A DNA stretch of 64,000 nucleotides from Azolla caroliniana (Eukaryota > Plantae > Polypodiophyta), in the NCBI GenBank assembly GCA_043228905.1, contig JBHGNT010000002.1, positions 124,001 to 188,000 of the forward strand, in the 5' to 3' direction. Shown one piece after another: positions 57,501 through 64,000 of the stretch. The number at the start of each line of letters is the position of its first letter. Positions within the stretch are counted from its first letter, which is position 1. The notes below the pieces were generated by a model. That model saw only the letters and a program-made list of their open reading frames with translations, had not been told where the DNA came from and ran no database searches. The position numbers were made by a program, and so were the translations under genes.

Positions 57501-60500
57501 TCCCTCCTCATGTTTGAACACAAAAATCCGATATTACACGAGCCAGCTATGAACATTTTAATTTACTCAAGGGCTCCTCTCAACTCACTACTCATGTTTG
57601 CTAATTTCGTCATGTCTCTCGACCCGAGTTTCAAAATCTTGATTTATGAATTCCATATCATAGCTAGCGTTGTTAGCTTCGATTCGCATGTTTGAACACA
57701 AATATCCGATATCACACGAGCCAGGTATGAACATTTTCATTTACTCAAGGGCTTCTCTCAACTCAGTCCTCAAATTTGGTAATTTAATCATGTCTCTCGA
57801 TCTGAGTTTCAAAATCTTGATTTTTCAATTCCATATCATAGCTAGCGTTGTTAGCTTCGAGTCGCATGTTTGAATACAAAAATCCGATATCACACGAGCC
57901 AGGTATGAACATTTTAATTTACTCAAGGGCTCCTCTCAACTCCCTCCTCATGTTTGCTAATTTCGTCGTGTCTCTCGACCTGAGTTTCAAAATCTTGATA
58001 TATTAATTCCATATCATAGCTAGCGTTGTTAGCTTCGATTCCCATGTTTGAACACAAAAGTCCGATATCACACAAGCCAGGTATGAACATTTTAATTTAC
58101 TCAAGGGCTCCTCTCAACTCACTAATCATGTTTGCTAATTTCGTCATGTCTCTCGACCTAGGTTTCTAAATCTTGATTTGTTAATTCCATATCATAGCTA
58201 GCGTTGTTAGCTTCGATTCGCATGTTTGAACACAAAAATCCGATATTACACGAGCCAGGTATGAACATTTTAATTTACTCAAGGGGTCCTCTCAACTCCC
58301 TCCTCATGTTTGCTAATTTCTTCGTGTCTCTCGACCTGAGTTTCAAAATCTTGATTTTTCAATTCCATATCATAGCTAGCGTTGTTAGCTTCGATTCGCA
58401 TGTTTGAACACAAATATCCGATATCACACGAGCCAGGTATGAACATTTTAATTTACTCAAGGGCTCCTCTCAACTCAGTCCTCAAATTTGGTAATTTAAT
58501 CATGTCTCTCGATCTGAGTTTCAAAATCTTGATTTTTCAATTCCATATCATAGCTAGCGTTGTTAGCTTCGAGTCGCATGTTTGAATACAAAAATCCGAT
58601 ATCACACGAGCCAGGTATGAACATTTTAATTTACTCAAGGGCTCCTCTCAACTCCCTCCTCATGTTTGCTAATTTCGTCGTGTCTCTCGACCTGAGTTTC
58701 AAAATCTTGATATATTAATTCCATATCATAGCTAGCGTTGTTAGCTTCGATTCCCATGTTTGAACACAAAAATCCGATATCACACAAGCCAGGTATGAAC
58801 ATTTTAATTTACTCAAGGGCTCCTCTCAACTCACTAATCATGTTTGCTAATTTCGTCATGTCTCTCGACCTAGGTTTCTAAATCTTGATTTGTTAATTCC
58901 ATATCATAGCTAGCGTTGTTAGCTTCGATTCGCATGTTTGAACACAAAAATCCGATATTACACGAGCCAGGTATGAACATTTTAATTTACTCAAGGGGTC
59001 CTCTCAACTCCCTCCTCATGTTTGCTAATTTCTTCGTGTCTCTCGACCTGAGTTTCAAAATCTTGATTTTTCAATTCCATATCATAGCTAGCGTTGTTAG
59101 CTTCGATTCGCATGTTTGAACACAAATATCCGATATCACACGAGCCAGGTATGAACATTTTAATTTACTCAAGGGCTCCTCTCAACTCAGTCCTCAAATT
59201 TGGTAATTTAATCATGTCTCTCGATCTGAGTTTCAAAATCTTGATTTTCCAATTCCATATCATAGCTAGCGTTGTTAGCTTCGAGTCGCATGTTTGAACA
59301 CAAAAATCTGATATCACACGAGCCAGGTATGAACATTTTAATTTACTCAAGGGCTCCTCTCAACTCACTACTCATGTTTGCTAATTTCGTCGTGTCTCTC
59401 GACCTGAGTTTCAAAATCTTGATTTGTTAATTCCATATCATAGCTAGCGTTGTTAGCTTCGATTCCCATGTTTGAACACAAAAATCCGATATCACATAAG
59501 CCAGGTATGAACATTTTAATTTACCTACTAGCTCTTCTCAACTCACTCCTCAAATTTGGTAATTTCGTCATGTCTCTCGACCTGAGTTTCAAAATCTTGA
59601 TTTTTTAATTCCATATCATAGCTAGCGTTGTTAGCTTCGATTCGCATGTTTGAACACAAAAATCCGATATCACACGAGCCAGGTATGAACATTTTAATTT
59701 ACTCAAGGGCTCCTCTCAACTCACTACTCATGTTTGCTAATTTCGTCATGTCTCTCGACCCGAGTTTCAAAATCTTGATTTATGAATTCCATATCATAGC
59801 TAGCGTTGTTAGCTTCGATTCGCATGTTTGAACACAAATATCCGATATCACACGAGCCAGGTATGAACATTTTAATTTACTCAAGGGCTTCTCTCAACTC
59901 AGTCCTCAAATTTGGTAATTTAATCATGTCTCTCGATCTGAGTTTCAAAATCTTGATTTTTCAATTCCATATCATAGCTAGCGTTGTTAGCTTCGAGTCG
60001 CATGTTTGAACACAAAAATCCGATATCACACGAGCCAGGTATGAACATTTTAATTTAGTCAAGAGCTCCTCTCAACTCCCTCCTCATGTTTGCTAATTTC
60101 GTCGTGTCTCTCGACCTGAGTTTCAAAATCTTGATTTATTAATTCCATATCATGGCTAGCGTTGTTAGCTTCGATTCGCATGTTTGAACAGAAAAATCCG
60201 ATATCACTAGCTCTTCTCAACTCACTCCTCAAATTTGATAATTTCGTCATGTCTCTCGACCTGAGTTTCAAAATCTTGATTTTTTAATTCGATATCATAT
60301 CTAGCGTTGTTAGCTTCGATTCGCATGTCTGAACACAAAAATCCGATATTACACGAGCCAGCTATGAACATTTTAATTTACTCAAGGGCTCCTCTCAACT
60401 CACTACTCATGTTTGCTAATTTCGTCATGTCTCTGGAACTGAGTTTCAAAATCTTGATTTATTAATTCCATATCATAGCTAGCATTCTTAGTTTCGAGTC

Positions 60501-63500
60501 GCATGTTTGAACACAAAAATCCGACATCACACGAGCCAGGTATGAACATTTTAATTTACCTACTAGCTCTTCTCAACTCAGTCCTCAAATTTGGTAATTT
60601 AATCATGTCTCTCGATCTGAGTTTCAAAATCTTGATTTTTCAATTCCATATCATAGCTAGCGTTGTTAGCTTCGAGTCGCATGTTTGAACACAAAAATCC
60701 GATATCACACGAGCCAGGTATGAACATTTTAATTTACTCAAGAGCTCCTCTCAACTCCCTCCTCATGTTTGCTAATTTCGTCGTGTCTCTCGACCTGAGT
60801 TTCAAAATCTTGATTTATTAATTCCATATCATAGCTAGCGTTGTTAGCTTCGATTCCCATGTTTGAACACAAAATCCCGATATCACACAAGCCAGGTATG
60901 AACATTTTAATTTACCTACTAGCTCTTCTCAACTCACTCCTCAAATTTGGTATTTTCGTCATGTCTCTCGACCTGAGTTTCAAAATCTTGATTTTTTAAT
61001 TCCATATCATAGCTAGCGTTGTTAGCTTCGATTCGCATGTTTGAACACAAAAATCCGATATTACACGAGCCAGGTATGAACATTTTAATTTACTCAAGGG
61101 CTCCTCTCAACTCACTACTTATGTTTGCTAATTTCGTCATGTCTCTCGAACAGAGTTTCAAAATCTTGATTTTTGAATTCCATATCATAGCTAGCGTTGT
61201 TAGCTTCGATTCGTATGTTTGAACACAAAAATCCAATATCACACGAGCCAGGTATGAACATTGTTTTTTACTCAAGGGCTCCTCTCAACTCCCTCCTCAT
61301 GTTTGCTAATTTTGTCATGTCTCTCGACCTGAGTTTCAAAATCTTGATTTTTCAATTCCATATCATAGCTAGCGTTGTTAGCTTTGATTCGCATGTTTGA
61401 ACACAAAAATCCGATATTACACGAGCCAGCTATGAACATTTTAATTTACTCAAGGGCTCCTCTCAACTCACTACTCATGTTTGCTAATTTCGTCATGTCT
61501 CTCGACCCGAGTTTCAAAATCTTGATTTATGAATTCCATATCATAGCTAGCGTTGTTAGCTTCGATTCGCATGTTTGAACACAAATATCCGATATCACAC
61601 GAGCCAGGTATGAACATTTTAATTTACTCAAGGGCTTCTCTCAACTCAGTCCTCAAATTTGGTAATTTAATCATGTCTCTCGATCTGAGTTTCAAAATCT
61701 TGATTTTTCAATTCCATATCATAGCTAGCGTTGTTAGCTTCGAGTCGCATGTTTGAACACAAAAATCAGATATCACAGGAGCCAGGTATGAACATTTTGC
61801 TTTACCCACTAGCTCCTCTCAACTCCCTCCTCATGTTTGAACACAAAAATCCGATATTACACGAGCCAGCTATGAACATTTTAATTTACTCAAGGGCTCC
61901 TCTCAACTCACTACTCATGTTTGCTAATTTCGTCATGTCTCTCGACCCGAGTTTCAAAATCTTGATTTATGAATTCCATATCATAGCTAGCGTTGTTAGC
62001 TTCGATTCGCATGTTTGAACACAAATATCCGATATCACACGAGCCAGGTATGAACATTTTCATTTACTCAAGGGCTTCTCTCAACTCAGTCCTCAAATTT
62101 GGTAATTTAATCATGTCTCTCGATCTGAGTTTCAAAATCTTGATTTTTCAATTCCATATCATAGCTAGCGTTGTTAGCTTCGAGTCGCATGTTTGAATAC
62201 AAAAATCCGATATCACACGAGCCAGGTATGAACATTTTAATTTACTCAAGGGCTCCTCTCAACTCCCTCCTCATGTTTGCTAATTTCGTCGTGTCTCTCG
62301 ACCTGAGTTTCAAAATCTTGATATATTAATTCCATATCATAGCTAGCGTTGTTAGCTTCGATTCCCATGTTTGAACACAAAAATCCGATATCACACAAGC
62401 CAGGTATGAACATTTTAATTTACTCAAGGGCTCCTCTCAACTCACTAATCATGTTTGCTAATTTCGTCATGTCTCTCGACCTAGGTTTCTAAATCTTGAT
62501 TTGTTAATTCCATATCATAGCTAGCGTTGTTAGCTTCGATTCGCATGTTTGAACACAAAAATCCGATATTACACGAGCCAGGTATGAACATTTTAATTTA
62601 CTCAAGGGGTCCTCTCAACTCCCTCCTCATGTTTGCTAATTTCTTCGTGTCTCTCGACCTGAGTTTCAAAATCTTGATTTTTCAATTCCATATCATAGCT
62701 AGCGTTGTTAGCTTCGATTCGCATGTTTGAACACAAATATCCGATATCACACGAGCCAGGTATGAACATTTTAATTTACTCAAGGGCTCCTCTCAACTCA
62801 GTCCTCAAATTTGGTAATTTAATCATGTCTCTCGATCTGAGTTTCAAAATCTTGATTTTCCAATTCCATATCATAGCTAGCGTTGTTAGCTTCGAGTCGC
62901 ATGTTTGAACACAAAAATCTGATATCACACGAGCCAGGTATGAACATTTTAATTTACTCAAGGGCTCCTCTCAACTCACTACTCATGTTTGCTAATTTCG
63001 TCGTGTCTCTCGACCTGAGTTTCAAAATCTTGATTTGTTAATTCCATATCATAGCTAGCGTTGTTAGCTTCGATTCCCATGTTTGAACACAAAAATCCGA
63101 TATCACACAAGCCAGGTATGAACATTTTAATTTACCTACTAGCTCTTCTCAACTCACTCCTCAAATTTGGTAATTTCGTCATGTCTCTCGACCTGAGTTT
63201 CAAAATCTTGATTTTTTAATTCCATATCATAGCTAGCGTTGTTAGCTTCGATTCGCATGTTTGAACACAAAAATCCGATATCACACGAGCCAGGTATGAA
63301 CATTTTATTTTACTCAAGGGCTCCTCTCAACTCCCTCCTCATGTTTGCTAATTTTGTCATGTCTCTCGACCTGCGTTTCAAAATCTTGATTTTTTAATTC
63401 CATATCCTGGCTAGCGTTGTTAGCTTCGATTCGCATGTTTGAACAAGAAAATCCGATATCACACGAGCCAGGTATGAACATTTTCATTTACCCACTAGCT

Positions 63501-64000
63501 CTTCTAAACTCACTCCTCAAATGTGGTAATTTCGTCATGTCTCTCGACCTGAGTTTCAAAATCTTGATTTTTTAATTCGATATCATAGCTAGCGTTGTTA
63601 GCTTCGATTCGCATGTCTGAACACAAAAATCCGATATTACACGAGCCAGCTATGAACATTTTAATTTACTCAAGGGCTCCTCTCAACTCACTACTCATGT
63701 TTGCTAATTTCGTCATGTCTCTGGACCTGAGTTTCAAAATCTTGATTTTTGAATTCCATATCATAGCTAGCGTTGTTAGCTTCGATTCGCATGTTTGAAC
63801 ACAAAAATCAGATATCACACGAGCCAGGTATGAACATTTTGCTTTACCCACTAGCTCCTCTCAACTCCCTCCTCATGTTTGCTAATTTCGTCGTGTCTCT
63901 GGACCTGAGTTTCAAAATCTTGATTTTTCAATTCCATATCCTAGCTAGCGTTGTTAGCTTCGATTCGCATGTTTGAACACAAAAATCCGATATCACACGA
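51560..64000 (+). repeat. Satellite domain D: sub-family with 1958-bp (11-mer), 712-bp (4-mer) and 4323-bp HOR duplications
   Basis: Diagnostic alleles ctcagtcctc, cgatctgag, caaatatcc, aatcccgat. Offsets: 52458/54416 and 53525/55483 (+1958); 55483/59806 through 58382/62705 (+4323 = 23x178+145+84); 58204/58916 (+712). Confidence 0.9.

Larger units (their letters stand above)
1..64000 (+). repeat. Tandem satellite DNA array, 178-bp monomer, ~360 copies, single orientation (putative centromeric/heterochromatic satellite)
   Basis: The motif ttgttagcttcgattcgcatgtttgaacac recurs every 178 bp across the window (e.g. 70, 605, 783, 1140, 1318 ... 63595, 63773). No unique sequence interrupts it, and the array runs off both ends. 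The centromeric role is inferred only from monomer size and HOR organisation. Confidence 0.99.

Noticed and set aside
70-63976. Hundreds of 60-131 aa ORFs (MLASIRMFEHKNP..., MSKLKCSYLARV...) as a tandem gene family or hypervariable peptide cassette system
   Set aside because: They follow the 178-bp period, which is not a multiple of 3, overlap each other, and mostly start at TTG. Common alleles (taa, tag, tga) and 1-bp indels break them freely. There are no intergenic or regulatory regions and no recognisable domain. The longer ORFs arise only at truncation junctions or lost stops.
1-64000. CRISPR array or integron-like cassette array
   Set aside because: There are no unique spacers or cassettes: the entire unit is repeated. 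No cas or integrase gene is present.
1-64000. Identity with Arabidopsis CEN178 or primate alpha satellite
   Set aside because: Only the length is similar. I see no match to those consensus sequences as I recall them (e.g. no conserved AAGCTT site per monomer). A database search is needed for a family name.
1-64000. Embedded transposon, LTR fragment, telomeric repeat or strand inversion
   Set aside because: None seen. Every departure from the period is explained by satellite-derived sequence in the same orientation.

Overview
The whole 64 kb window is one uninterrupted, head-to-tail, single-orientation tandem satellite array of a ~178-bp monomer (~360 copies, ~38% GC by hand count of the consensus). 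Consensus, numbered from ttgttagc: TTGTTAGCTTCGATTCGCATGTTTGAACACAAAAATCCGATATCACACGAGCCAGGTATGAACATTTTAATTTACTCAAGGGCTCCTCTCAACTCACTACTCATGTTTGCTAATTTCGTCATGTCTCTCGACCTGAGTTTCAAAATCTTGATTTTTGAATTCCATATCATAGCTAGCG. The nucleosome-sized unit and higher-order repeat (HOR) structure look like eukaryotic centromeric or heterochromatic satellite DNA. I do not recognise the family or species, and centromere function cannot be shown from sequence. I find no genes, RNAs, transposons, inversions or CRISPR arrays; every ORF in the track is a by-product of the repeat. The informative content is the array's history: (i) about four successive sub-family domains; (ii) many nested kb-scale duplications (offsets 615, 887, 1958, 2040, 2833, 3560, 3738, 3820, 4323, 4436, 5066 and 8722 bp); (iii) seven distinct out-of-register junctions, each at a short internal homology of the monomer, one amplified to 13 copies and one carrying a templated insertion; (iv) monomers that are mosaics of discrete multi-base allele blocks. 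I found no evidence of a new protein-coding system.
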